NCBI RefSeq assembly: GCF_001194135.2
Contig: NC_069007.1
Span: 746,551-810,550 of the forward strand
Reading direction: 5' to 3'
DNA length: 64,000 nt
Source of the DNA: Octopus bimaculoides
Taxonomy: Eukaryota
The translations under genes and the position numbers were made by a program. A model generated the notes under the pieces. The model was not told the origin of the DNA. It made no database searches and saw only the letters and a program-made list of their open reading frames with translations. Shown here one piece after another: positions 40,521 through 52,659 of the stretch. Every line of letters starts with the position of its first letter. Within the stretch, counting starts at the first letter, position 1.

Positions 40521-40780
40521 CTCTACACTTGCCGTTCATCATAAACACCACGTGACCTTGTGTGATTTGTGTGTGGGAGATGTAAACTCCTAGGTGGGGG
40601 CGGGGGCAGCGAGATTCAGTGACAGCAGAGAGGAGGGAGTTGCAGGGCGCCGTCTGCGCGTCGTTTTATAATTTCTGTGGTCAGGAAACAGGATTTCGGA
40701 TTAGCCCTACTCTTTTCTTTGTAGTTTTGATTTCCTCGGAATTTCGGGGTTGTACGATCACCTGATCTGATACACAGTTC
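40520..40780. promoter_or_regulatory. Candidate promoter/enhancer island
   Basis: CACGTGAC at 40549-40556, GGGGGCGGGGG at 40596-40606, CpG-rich gggcgccgtctgcgcgtcg, TTTTATAA at 40664-40671, then TGTGGT and CAGGAA, all in an AT-rich background. Confidence 0.45.
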
Positions 40781-41952
40781 TGCATAACAGGTTTTGAACG
40801 TGTCTTAAGGTTATTTCATGATAGTGGTTGATGTAGTAACGCACCCGAAAAATCCGAAGTTCATAACATGTTTTGGATGGGGGCAATTATTCATATCTCA
40901 TTATAACTTGGACATATAAATACTTTATAATAATGGCGAGTATCATTGTTTAAATATTGTGTTCAATGGCTATTTTATATTGATAAAAGGAAGGAAATGT
41001 TTCCTAGCTTTACAATACAACTACTTACACCTATGTGTGTACGTATGTGTGTACATGCACGTAGTGTAAAGCAAATTCACATAGGAAGCATGCGAATAAC
41101 AAATGCTTGTGAATACATAAAATGCCCTGCAACAACATATAGATAGATAGATAGATAGATAGATAGATTGGTTGGTAGAAAGATAGATAGATAGATGGAT
41201 GGATAGATGGATAAAGAGAGGGAGAGAATAGTGTATATTAAGTGTAAATGAGTTGAAAATGTATCAAAATTATTGGTTAATGTTTTCAAGAGAAAGATGA
41301 TTAAAGACTGTGTGTCTGTTGCATGAGGTATTATTGACGCAAGGTGAAATATTTGGGTGAAGTGCAGTTGAAAATGATGAGCATTCTCTGGAAATAAATC
41401 ACATTTATAAATGAAGGCTCCCATATCGGGGGTCTTTCATTAAAGCTGGCATAAAGCCTACAGATTTTGGAAATTTATTCCGATTCCCCGTCAGATGGTC
41501 TTCGATTAGGTAGTTAAGTATTATTTCCACTTGGCTAATCTTTTAAGCAAGCATTTCCTTCTGGAATAATCAGAATTTTGGCAACATTGGTGACGTTAAA
41601 CAACCTATGGATATGAATATTGAGAAGCTAATTAAGGAAATAATTTTAGCGTTATTAAAATTAGATCGAATCCCGCTTAATTCGATTTCGACCTTCATAG
41701 ATCTGAGGTGTGTGTGTGCGCGCGCATACCTAGGCATAAATCTTGCGAATGAAATATGAGTGCTCAATACATGTAGATGAAATACCTTTACGTTTTTATT
41801 GAAAGTGACATCAGAGTCGAGAGACGGTCAGTCACACTTTCAAGAAAAAAATGTCGTGATACAAACTTTAAAAAAATGGAATAATATTAAAAACCGAAAG
41901 AAACAAATCTTTTACACAGAACACATCGCTTCTTTTTAAATATATATATATC

Positions 41953-42071
41953 TCTAAAATATTCGTATAATAAGTTACTTTTCTCATAATTAATAACATT
42001 TAATTTACGAAAATCTGTCCTCATATAAATATCCTTAAATATAAATGTGTCTCTGTCTGTGTCTGTCTGTC

Positions 42072-42105
<34 letters not shown>

Positions 42106-42364
42106 CGTTTGCCAGAAGTGAGGTGGGTGAGTGCTTTGAACAATATGCATTTAATTTAGGTACTGCTTCGTAGAATTAAAGCCAGAGTCGCATGATTACC
42201 AATTGGTTTGGTTAACAGGTTAACGGAGCAGAANNNNNNNNNNTCTAAAATATTCGTATAATAAGTTACTTTTCTCATAATTAATAACATTTAATTTACG
42301 AAAATCTGTCCTCATATAAATATCCTTAAATATAAATGTGTCTCTGTCTGTGTCTGTCTGTCTG

Positions 42365-42388
<24 letters not shown>
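41953..42388. repeat. ~145-bp duplication on both sides of a 10-N gap
   Basis: tctaaaatattcgtataataag...gtgtgtgtatata starts at 41953 and again at 42244, immediately after the gap. Confidence 0.9.
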
Positions 42389-42395
<7 letters not shown>

Positions 42396-42412
42396 TAGCC
42401 ACATTATATATA

Positions 42413-42651
42413 CAGCGTTGGCCAAAAGTCACCTGTCAGTAAATCAAAATTCCATAAATACTTAATATTCAATTTTATTTATTCATTCTAATTACGAATG
42501 TTTATTAATTGAATGCTGTGAGTTAAAATCACCTTTTGTTTTTATTTTTCAACATTTGTCTATCATCCAAATCTCATAAAATAATTTTTTGTTTTAATGT
42601 TGGAATTAAAAGGGTTTTGATTTACTGTCAGGTGACTTTTGGCCAACCTTG
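42413..42651. mobile_element. Tc1/mariner-type MITE, 239 bp, with 37-bp TIRs and TA TSD
   Basis: Left TIR is CAGCGTTGGCCAAAAGTCACCTGTCAGTAAATCAAAA; the right TIR reverse-complemented is CAAGGTTGGCCAAAAGTCACCTGACAGTAAATCAAAA. TA lies at 42411-42412 and 42652-42653. Confidence 0.9.
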
Positions 42652-43874
42652 TATCCTGTAAACTTCGTGGCCGCCGTCAATCAGTGTTCATGCCCTGTCT
42701 CTGATTGTTTGTATGTACACATGGGCAATAGGCCTTCTGGTAGCCTAGCTACATCCAAAGTTTACCAATCGTTCCTTTCTATTCCATCAATAATTACCAA
42801 TTTGCATTGTTTCCAAATTTATGCAAATATAGATTGCTACATAAGGCCTCACAGATGTTTACGTCAGAACGCAAATAAGGATTTATTGATGATACAAATT
42901 TTATATGGAACAAAATTTCTACCACCTGCAGCTAATGATACAAGGGCTAGAAATGTAATACATCTACCTCTCAATATGAGAGCCATCGGAAAATGGACCC
43001 ACGTTTTCCCATTTTGTCCTTCACATAGTCTGAGTATACTCGTGGCTCTTATATCGTTGAAGAATCTTCTTCAAAGAACCGTTCTATTGTTTCAAACGTA
43101 TAAAGAAGATGCAAGTTTTCCAACCACAGTGTATTTTGGTATCTAACTACAATGTGTTGTTGATTTTAACCGCTTAGGAATTTAAATTCATATCTTCTCT
43201 GTTTCAAAAGTATCTTCAATATAAAAGTGTAAAAAAAAACCCCAGAAATTATCTGTTTCTCTTGCGGAATCTTAAGATATCTCAGTGTCTCCCCATCAAA
43301 TGCGTTAAGCAATCTACAGAAAAATAGAAAATAGTAAACAATATTCATTTGTTTTTCCCACTGAGCCGCTGTCTCTAACACAGAGTAGTCTTTTACTACA
43401 TTTAACCATTGGACTCCGGCTATGAATGTTTCACCATGTTCAAAAGCTTCTCATCGATCAAATCTACCCAAGTAGTTCTTTCAGCCTCTTATCTATTCTT
43501 ATCGATCTATATTCAATCGATGCCGTATTTACACTTCACGTTGAATTCCGCTGCTGCTTCGACGTTATTATTAATGGCTTCTTATAGTTCGGTGCTCTAT
43601 CCTCCTTGTCTTCAACACTCTCCTTGGTCTTCTTACAATAACTTGTATTTTCTATTATATCAGGTGAGATAAAATCATGAATTTTCATTGGTGTCCTTTG
43701 GGTAACAGCTCAATTCTTTAAGATAATTGCGTCTATTCATTACACACGCACACACACAGTTCTTTTGCCCAACTGCTAATTTGCGGGTACACAAACAAAC
43801 CGACACCGGTAGTGAAGCGGTGGCAGGGACACACAAACACACACAAGCGTTGCGGCGGGATTCTTTTAGTTGTC

Positions 43875-43994
43875 TACTGAATCTTTTCAGATTGCTGTGT
43901 TTGGCCCTAGGTTATAGTAGAAAGCATTTGTCCAAGTTGCCACACAGCGGGATTGAACCATGGACTATGCAGATGGAGAGCAAGCTTCTACCAC
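43875..43994 (-). mobile_element. SINE family B, head part, cut by a gap
   Basis: ggttatagtagaaagcatttgtccaagttgccacacagcgggattgaacc...agcaagcttctaccac. Confidence 0.75.
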
Positions 43995-44578
43995 NNNNNN
44001 NNNNNNNNNNNNNNNNNNNNNNNNNNNNNNNNNNNNNNNNNNNNNNNNNNNNNNNNNNNNNNNNNNNNNNNNNNNNNNNNNNNNNNNNNNNNNNNNNNNN
44101 NNNNNNNNNNNNNNNNNNNNNNNNNNNNNNNNNNNNNNNNNNNNNNNNNNNNNNNNNNNNNNNNNNNNNNNNNNNNNNNNNNNNNNNNNNNNNNNNNNNN
44201 NNNNNNNNNNNNNNNNNNNNNNNNNNNNNNNNNNNNNNNNNNNNNNNNNNNNNNNNNNNNNNNNNNNNNNNNNNNNNNNNNNNNNNNNNNNNNNNNNNNN
44301 NNNNNNNNNNNNNNNNNNNNNNNNNNNNNNNNNNNNNNNNNNNNNNNNNNNNNNNNNNNNNNNNNNNNNNNNNNNNNNNNNNNNNNNNNNNNNNNNNNNN
44401 NNNNNNNNNNNNNNNNNNNNNNNNNNNNNNNNNNNNNNNNNNNNNNNNNNNNNNNNNNNNNNNNNNNNNNNNNNNNNNNNNNNNNNNNNNNNNNNNNNNN
44501 NNNNNNNNNNNNNNNNNNNNNNNNNNNNNNNNNNNNNNNNNNNNNNNNNNNNNNNNNNNNNNNNNNNNNNNNNNNNNN

Positions 44579-44616
<38 letters not shown>

Positions 44617-46158
44617 TTTTTTTTTTTTTTAGCTGAATCGCTCTTCATGAATGAAATAAAGCAGTCTCATTTAGTTTGAAGTCTGGTTTCATGTAGCTAT
44701 TCTGACTGTAACAGGGAAATATGATGTACAAGAATGTATTTCATGTTATTACAAGATAGAGAAGATGAATAATATATGTTTGGGAGTGTGTGCGTGTTTG
44801 AGGGAGCTTACATATATATATACATATCTATATTTATTTTATATGAGATAATTTCTGCTAAAAGACAGACCATATTAAAATAACTATGGTTCTAAAAATA
44901 TTAAGAAGAATAATACATTTGAGGCCACTATTAATAATGCTGGTATTGTAAGTATTTTAGTTGGGTATGTGATCGAAGTAGGTAAACATTTACCTTTTCT
45001 GAATAGATGAAGATGTGATAAAGAGTAATTACTTCCACAATAATAAATAGTGAACAGCAATAAAGAATATGGCGGATAAAAATTATAACAGAATGAAGAC
45101 ATCTTAATTTGCATCGAATTTAAAGAAAGTATGGAGCATAACATTTATTCAGATATTAGCCAAGTTTTCAGTAGTGCACAACTTGTTGAATACCTGAATA
45201 GACAGAGAGAATAGAATCCATTATAATATTGTAGAAAAATGGGCATAGCACCAGTTTTATATAACATAGCTATTGAGTAATTGGGCAGCAGCCAGCTATA
45301 CGTATATATAGGGTAGTAAATAATTTAACAACGTAAACGAATTCTATTTAATCTGAATACGTAAAATAATGCCTTTCCGTTTTATTATATATGAATGTTG
45401 AAATTAGCCATGATGCTGCAAGTTAGATCCAGCCTTTAGCCTTTTAATAAAAACAGATTATGATATATGAGATATAAAACATTTTAATCCTGTATTAAAC
45501 TGTGAATAGATAAATAATAATCCTTTATACTATAGGCACAAGGCCTGAATATTGTTGCTGTTGTTTAAGCCTCGTGTTAGCCACAAACCAGTTGATGTGG
45601 AACGAATTTTATTCCAATGCTTAATCTTTTGTTCCAGAATAATTACTCTTATAACGATTTTCATGCATTTGCATCTAAAATACGAACCATCTGAGAAGCA
45701 CTATAGTGTGTTGATAAAGAAAAACCTGAATTTAATAGTATTCAGAAGTGAGTTCTAGTATTATTTTATAATAAGACGGATTTTGCTTCATTTGAGTAAA
45801 GAAATAAATAAAAGAAACCCCGTACATTAGAGAACAAACTATACCTTTTCTTTTAGAGTCAGTATCAGTGCAGAGGGGACGAACATAGCTATATACGCAC
45901 GCATTAACTGCGTGTGTATGTGTGTGTGTGCTCGCATAAATACCTTTAAATATTTTAAAGTCCAATCAATGTAAATCATACGAAGGAACAAGTCAACATA
46001 GGACACAGCATCTCTGAAGATTCCATAATGAAAGGTCCCTCACCCGAAAGTATTGACGCACGAGCTAAAAGTACAAACCATCAATTTGTATTATTTGTTA
46101 TGATTAGATATGTTTTGGCTTTTAAAAGCACAACCTACTGCGGAGAGGTGTGCATGCA

Positions 46159-46204
<46 letters not shown>

Positions 46205-46424
46205 NNNNNNNNNNNNNNNNNNNNNNNNNNNNNNNNNNNNNNNNNNNNNNNNNNNNNNNNNNNNNNNNNNNNNNNNNNNNNNNNNNNNNNNNNNNNNNNN
46301 NNNNNNNNNNNNNNNNNNNNNNNNNNNNNNNNNNNNNNNNNNNNNNNNNNNNNNNNNNNNNNNNNNNNNNNNNNNNNNNNNNNNNNNNNNNNNNNNNNNN
46401 NNNNNNNNNNNNNNNNNNNNNNNN

Positions 46425-46458
<34 letters not shown>

Positions 46459-46884
46459 ATGCACAGGGACATACAAACCTACACAAACAAATATACTTAC
46501 ATACATACGTGCAAATATACAGACACCGGCGCACACAAATATCTCTAATAGAGACCAGCTTCAGTTTCATATAAGTTATATAAAAGGATATTCTCATTTC
46601 TTTATTCGTTATATATATTCAGTTTGACTCGGTGGCGTTTCCAAATTCATTAGTCTATCGATGTGTCTGTACCTTTTACAGATATTTTATCAGAGAGAGG
46701 CGAGGTAATAATCGCGTGTTGATCGCTTCTTTCGCTTTAGGCCACAGCGTAACGTGGGAATAGTGTTCTGTCTGAAGAACAGATTGAACAACTGTACAAT
46801 GGAAACTCCTCATAGAGTCTACCACTTATTTTCGTATACTGCACCGTTGTTGATTTATAGTTTGATTTTGCTTATATAAACGTG

Positions 46885-46923
<39 letters not shown>

Positions 46924-48111
46924 TCCTTTATTCTTTTATCTGTTTCAGTCATTTGACTAAACATTTTTATTTAACAAATCGACTTTATATACGATATCAA
47001 AGCTCCAACATACATCATATATAAATAAATATTACTATGCCTTTCATAATATATGAATCAAAATATAAAATATATAAGACATACAAAGCCACAAAGGTAA
47101 AAGTATATATGCGAACAAAACAGGAATAGGAACGTCCCATAAAAAAAAAACGACTAAAAATTTATAAAATACTTTAAAATACTAAAAACATTGAGAAAGT
47201 GGGTAAACAAATAAAGAATAAATCGGCAAAAAGTTATATATACTTTACTCAGACCAAAAGGTAATAATCCATAAGCTAAAATCCATGGGTAATTTTTTTT
47301 TTTTTTTTTTTNNNNNNNNNNTTTTTTTTTTTTTTTTTTGTCAAATCCCAAAATACGTCCATACAGAATATAATAGTTCAAGAGTAAGGATTCACCAATT
47401 AACACTAAACACATCATCTATGGCCATTTCGGGAGCCAATCACGTTAGTTATATTGCAATTTATGTATATCACAGCAATGGCCTCATTATCAGAATGAAA
47501 AGAGAGACAGGACACATATATTAGACCAGAACCACAATATTATACCACAAGCCTACTTTATATACTTAGGAAAAAAAAAAAAGACGTTGACTATTTCTAA
47601 TAAAGCTAAATACGCCGGGTTCAAATCCATGTAAGGTCAAACTTCATTTTCTACTACATCTATTTATTATTTTTTCGATACACCCTCAGAAAAGTGGAAG
47701 AGAACCTGTGATTGCAAAAGAAGATCACTTCAGCAAATTTATTTAACGTTTTGGACTAGAAGGACCTTAGGATAGCAAAGGATTCCTTCACACACAGTTT
47801 ATATTTATTAATATTAACCTCAGAGTTTGGAGCCCTGGAAATAATATACCATCCCAAGGAGTGTCTTTTACTATTTCTCTTTAGAAGATGTATGTAAGAT
47901 ACTAGCGTCGTTGAGTTACGGTATCTTTCATTAGAAAACGAACTCGTGCGGTTCCTATACCTCGTCTTTAAATTTAATGTACTACCTATCTAACACTTAT
48001 CCGAACCATTCTTCTCTTCCTACAATTTCAGAAATTAACAGATCCATCCTTAATTCTATTATTAATACTAACACTATCTAATTTATATATATATATATCT
48101 ATAAATAATGC

Positions 48112-48500
48112 TTGTCGTCACTTAAACATGGCTGGTCCCCAGGAACCGAGGTTACTGTTGTATTTAACACCAAGAGGACGCCTCCCCCTGTTGGTTATTT
48201 GATACACTCTGCATCTAATTAATATTGTAAGGGGGGTAGTGAACCCTTACCATCTTCTAGCCACGAGACTGGACTTTATCTTTCCGACCTCTTTGAGATC
48301 ATCCTCGGTGGTGGATGCTCGTTGAAACAGTACGGTCTGGTAGTTTCGAGGCTAGATTGTAAGGGTTCACTCCGTTGCTTGCAATATATATTGGATACAG
48401 AGTGCTTTGAATAACCAAGAGAAGGGGGAGGTGTCCTACTTTGGTTAAAAATAGCAGTGACGTTGGTTCCCACGGAACAGCCATGTCTAAGTGGCGATAA
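48112..48500. mobile_element. ~390-bp fold-back (long inverted repeat, MITE-like) element
   Basis: 48112-48147 matches the reverse complement of 48465-48500 at 29/36 positions. Pairing continues through ggacgcctcccc/ggggaggtgtcc, gtgaacccttac/gtaagggttcac and tctagcc/ggctaga, leaving a loop of about 60 nt. Confidence 0.85.
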
Positions 48501-48635
48501 AAATTACTCCTCAGTATAGCTACTGCTTTCGTCTCTTATTGAGATTTTGCATGTCATATTCTGCACGTTATATATATATATATATATCTGTACAACTATG
48601 TGTGTGAATCTCGCTCTCTCTGTATATATACGTAT

Positions 48636-48666
<31 letters not shown>

Positions 48667-48966
48667 NNNNNNNNNNNNNNNNNNNNNNNNNNNNNNNNNN
48701 NNNNNNNNNNNNNNNNNNNNNNNNNNNNNNNNNNNNNNNNNNNNNNNNNNNNNNNNNNNNNNNNNNNNNNNNNNNNNNNNNNNNNNNNNNNNNNNNNNNN
48801 NNNNNNNNNNNNNNNNNNNNNNNNNNNNNNNNNNNNNNNNNNNNNNNNNNNNNNNNNNNNNNNNNNNNNNNNNNNNNNNNNNNNNNNNNNNNNNNNNNNN
48901 NNNNNNNNNNNNNNNNNNNNNNNNNNNNNNNNNNNNNNNNNNNNNNNNNNNNNNNNNNNNNNNNNN

Positions 48967-49011
<45 letters not shown>

Positions 49012-49017
49012 CACATA

Positions 49018-49065
<48 letters not shown>

Positions 49066-50067
49066 CACTCACACACTCATATATGGGTTTTGTGTGTGTA
49101 CATGTGCGTATGTGTTTGGAACGATTGTTGGCTGTATGCTGTTATCATTAATCGATAGATAACCCCCACCATCACACGTATACCATATACCAGCCATTTT
49201 ACTGTCCTTCGCGTTTAATTGGAATTATAGCAATAGACACGAAGTATACACCGAACATTATTCCCGCCAAAGTCACCTCACCCATCCACTTTACACGCAG
49301 CCACCACCACCACCCTGCTACGCGTACAGGTACACACCCACATTATAATCTTTGCTATGATATGACTGCTGTTCGCAGGCGTCAGATCCATTCCGCAACA
49401 CTTTGAACAAGTATTTTTTTTCTTTTCTCCCATTGCCTCAGGTTAACTTAATTCTGGAATAAGAAATAGGAATGACAGAACCTCTCTCCGTGCCTGTGCG
49501 TTCGTGTGTGTGATCCGTGTGTAATGTGACTGTGCTGATGTGTGGTGTCTTTTGGTGGGAATATGTTACCTGTATACTTTATTTGTACGTTTGATTAGAT
49601 AATCATTTGTTGTTAGTTTACCGCCACACCGTTAATTTGTGGCGGGTGGATTCTTATGCGTGAAATTGAAGCTAACGGGTAGATCTCCAAACTGTCCGTC
49701 AAACGGTGATAAATGGCACAGATACCATTCTCTAAGAACAGTTCAGTGCTTTAGGACCTATTGTACAAAATGTTCGTGCATAAAACTTCAACTGTGGCGC
49801 TCAGGCCAGGAACCCCTTTTATTACATCCATAATCAAAATCGAAATTTGTTTCAACAACAACAACTGCAACAACAACATCAACGATGGGAACGCAACAGA
49901 AAGTTGAGTTGTCACAAAAGGCCTGCCATTTCGTGACGGTATCGATTTTGCTGTCAGACGGTTTCGAAACCTATGCTCTCCAATCGGCAGTGATAAAGCG
50001 CAACGTCCCATACGGAAAACTTTATTTCACACTCTCGTACAGAGACACACACGCACACATTAATACA

Positions 50068-50378
50068 CTGGAGGCGCAATGGCCCAGTGGTTAGGGCAGA
50101 GCAATGGCCCAATGGTTAGGGCAGCGCAATGGCCCAGTGGTTAGGGAAGCGGACTCGCGGTCATAGGATCGTGGTTTCGATTCCCAGACCGAGCGTTGTG
50201 TGTGTTTATTGAGAGAAAACACCTAAAGCTCCATGAGGCTCCGGCAGGGGATGGTAGCGAACCCTGCTGTACTCTTTCACCACAACTTTCTCTCACTCTT
50301 ACTTCCTGTTTCTGTTGTGCCTGTAATTCAAAGGGTCAGCCTTGTCACACTGTGTCACGCTGAATGTCCCCGAGAACT
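50068..50378 (+). mobile_element. SINE family C (tRNA-derived head with triplicated A-box segment), left monomer of a composite
   Basis: Three 25-nt units containing the A-box TGGCCCARTGG at 50074-50148; B-box-like GGTTTCGATTCC at 50173-50184. Confidence 0.85.
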
Positions 50379-50389
50379 AAAAAAAATAG

Positions 50390-50628
50390 AAAGCGGTGAG
50401 GAGCTGGCAGAAACGTTAGCACGCCAGAGGGCGAAATGCTTAGCGGTATTTCGTCTGCCGCTACGTTCTGAGTTCAAATTCCGCCGAGGTCGACTTTGCC
50501 TTTCATCCTTTCGGGGTCGATTAAATAAGTACCAGTTACGCACTGGGGTCGGTATAATCGACTTAATCCGTTTGTCTGTCCTTGTTTGTCCCCTCTGTGT
50601 ATAGCCCCTTGTGGGCAACAAAGAAATA
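50390..50628 (+). mobile_element. SINE family A, full-length, right monomer of a composite
   Basis: gagctggcagaaacgttagcacgcc...gagttcaaattccgccgaggtcgactttgcctttcatcctttcggggtcgattaaataagtaccagtt...ccccttgtgggcaacaaagaaata; B-box-like GAGTTCAAATTCC. Confidence 0.92.
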
Positions 50629-52592
50629 GCACACATTAATACATACATACATACTCACACACATAGACACACATGTAGTCTTCCGTCCATTCCTGATAGA
50701 TATGAAATGCAGGAAACCTCGATACTCTAATTGATAGCATACTCGGGAGTATTTAGTCGTTGTCGACATCCAGTACCAGAAAACTACTGAACAAAATATT
50801 AATTGAAAGTCAATGTTGAAAAACAATTATCAAATACTTTTACTCCAAGATGAACTTAGCTATTCATCTCTTCCACAAATCAATGAGCAAAAATATGTCT
50901 TTCGCCCTGCCAGAAATACCAGCCAAATTTCCTTCAAATCCTGTTTGTTTACCTTCCAGCTAAGAGATACACATTGTATAATATAGTCCTAGATACACTA
51001 TGCACATGTAATGGAATTATCTGAGAATGTGAGTCGCTCTCCGTTTCGCATTCATTTTTACTTACTCAGTCCTGTTCTTTCTCTTCTTTTCTCACACCTT
51101 AAACTCGCCGTCTCATTTTTCGTGTCTTTCGCTCTCTCGTTCTTTCGTATTGGCTCTCTTCCTCCCCCCTCCCTATCATTTCTTATCTTACACTTTCTCC
51201 CCCACATTTAACACTCTCCTCCCACGTCTCTCTACCGTTTCTCGTTTTTATTATTCTTCAATTGTAATCTTTGTATCTGTCCGTACCCGCCACCAAGCCC
51301 TTCCTCTGCATTTCGTTCTATATTACTCACTCATTCAGAGTCTATCGCTCGTAGTCTCTTTCTCCCCGACTTACAAGCTTTGTCTCACTTTCTTTCTATA
51401 TCTCTCAACGTTCTCTCTCATTCCTCGTCTATCATTTCCGCATGCAAACCAACACACACACACAACACGCGCGCTCTCATTCTATTTACGACTTCAGCGT
51501 CGTTGAAATCGAACGTTCTCGTTAGATTCCTGTGTTTCAAGCACATCTCAATCTTTCAACGCACTCTCGGAAGTACAAGGTTGCTTTTAGCATTTATTGC
51601 TCTTCAAATGAAACCAAGAATTTTAACTTTCCATTATTTACCAGTTAATTTTCCGTTAAATTATGCATTTAATTCACCATTCCATCTGCTGTTTTTGGTT
51701 CTCTACAAAGAATGCTGCGAAACAAGTGGAAATTGAATTAATCTTGTGACAGTGCAAACTTAGAAGTATGCTACTTCAGAATCGCTCTGAAATATTTATG
51801 AGGTTTCACAAATTACGATAACATGTAAATTCTTCGCAAATAGATTCAACATATAAAGTTCGTAGATTCTCCAAGGCACTAAAAATGCTACAATGTAATC
51901 ACTTCCATTGCTAGAAATAGCTCACAAAATTACATTCTCCCAAGCGAAATCAATAAAACATGAAGTCATTTAATGTAAATATTAGAAAATGTGGAATAAA
52001 TTTTAAGTTTTGAGACACAGAACTCTTAACGGTTTGCAGAATTTTCCTTTATCAAGGAGAGATGAAATATTCACTGGTACTCCGCTAACTTAGTGATACC
52101 TAGGCTCAAATAGACGGGATGCTCATGTCTGGAAAGGCTTTTTATTGTATGTTTAGAGAATAGGGATGACTTGTGGCTAAATTCGTTGTATTTGTATGTT
52201 TTAGTTCTTCATCAGAATTTTCGGGACTGTGGCCAGGCCACGACATCGCTTTTGATATAATATATCACATTAAATGGAAAACTTTCGTTGCCTCAGTAGC
52301 TTTTCCACTTCTCGAGCTGAACTGTGATCAATCCCATTCTGTATTCAGGCGTAGGCTATCCTAGTCTATAGTACACCACTATATCGTTCTTAGGTTAAAG
52401 TTTGGATCTATATTTCTTTTTAGGGGTGTTGGGTACGAAGCGTGCATACATGTGTATGTGTGCATCTGCAGATGTGTGTAGAAGTGTGCATAGTATTTAT
52501 GCATATATGTGTATATACATGTATACATAAATATGGGTACGTCTGGCTGCATATATATGCATAGGTATATACGGGTGTCTGTACCTATGTTG

Positions 52593-52659
<67 letters not shown>

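Noticed and set aside
41953-42388. ~145-bp exact duplication considered as a biological tandem repeat
   Set aside because: The second copy starts exactly at a 10-N scaffold gap, which is typical of unmerged overlapping contig ends.
42649-43146. Longest non-repeat ORF (165 aa)
   Set aside because: It has a non-ATG start inside the MITE terminus, no domain and no splice signals.
50074-50190. tRNA gene call for A/B-box segments here and in other SINE heads
   Set aside because: There is no complete cloverleaf or oligo-T terminator, and the sequence continues into multi-copy SINE bodies.
52205-52225. CTGATGA occurrences (minus at 52.2 kb; plus at 14.1 kb and 52.9 kb) considered as hammerheads
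   Set aside because: None has a stem II followed by GAAA or a compatible stem I/III.
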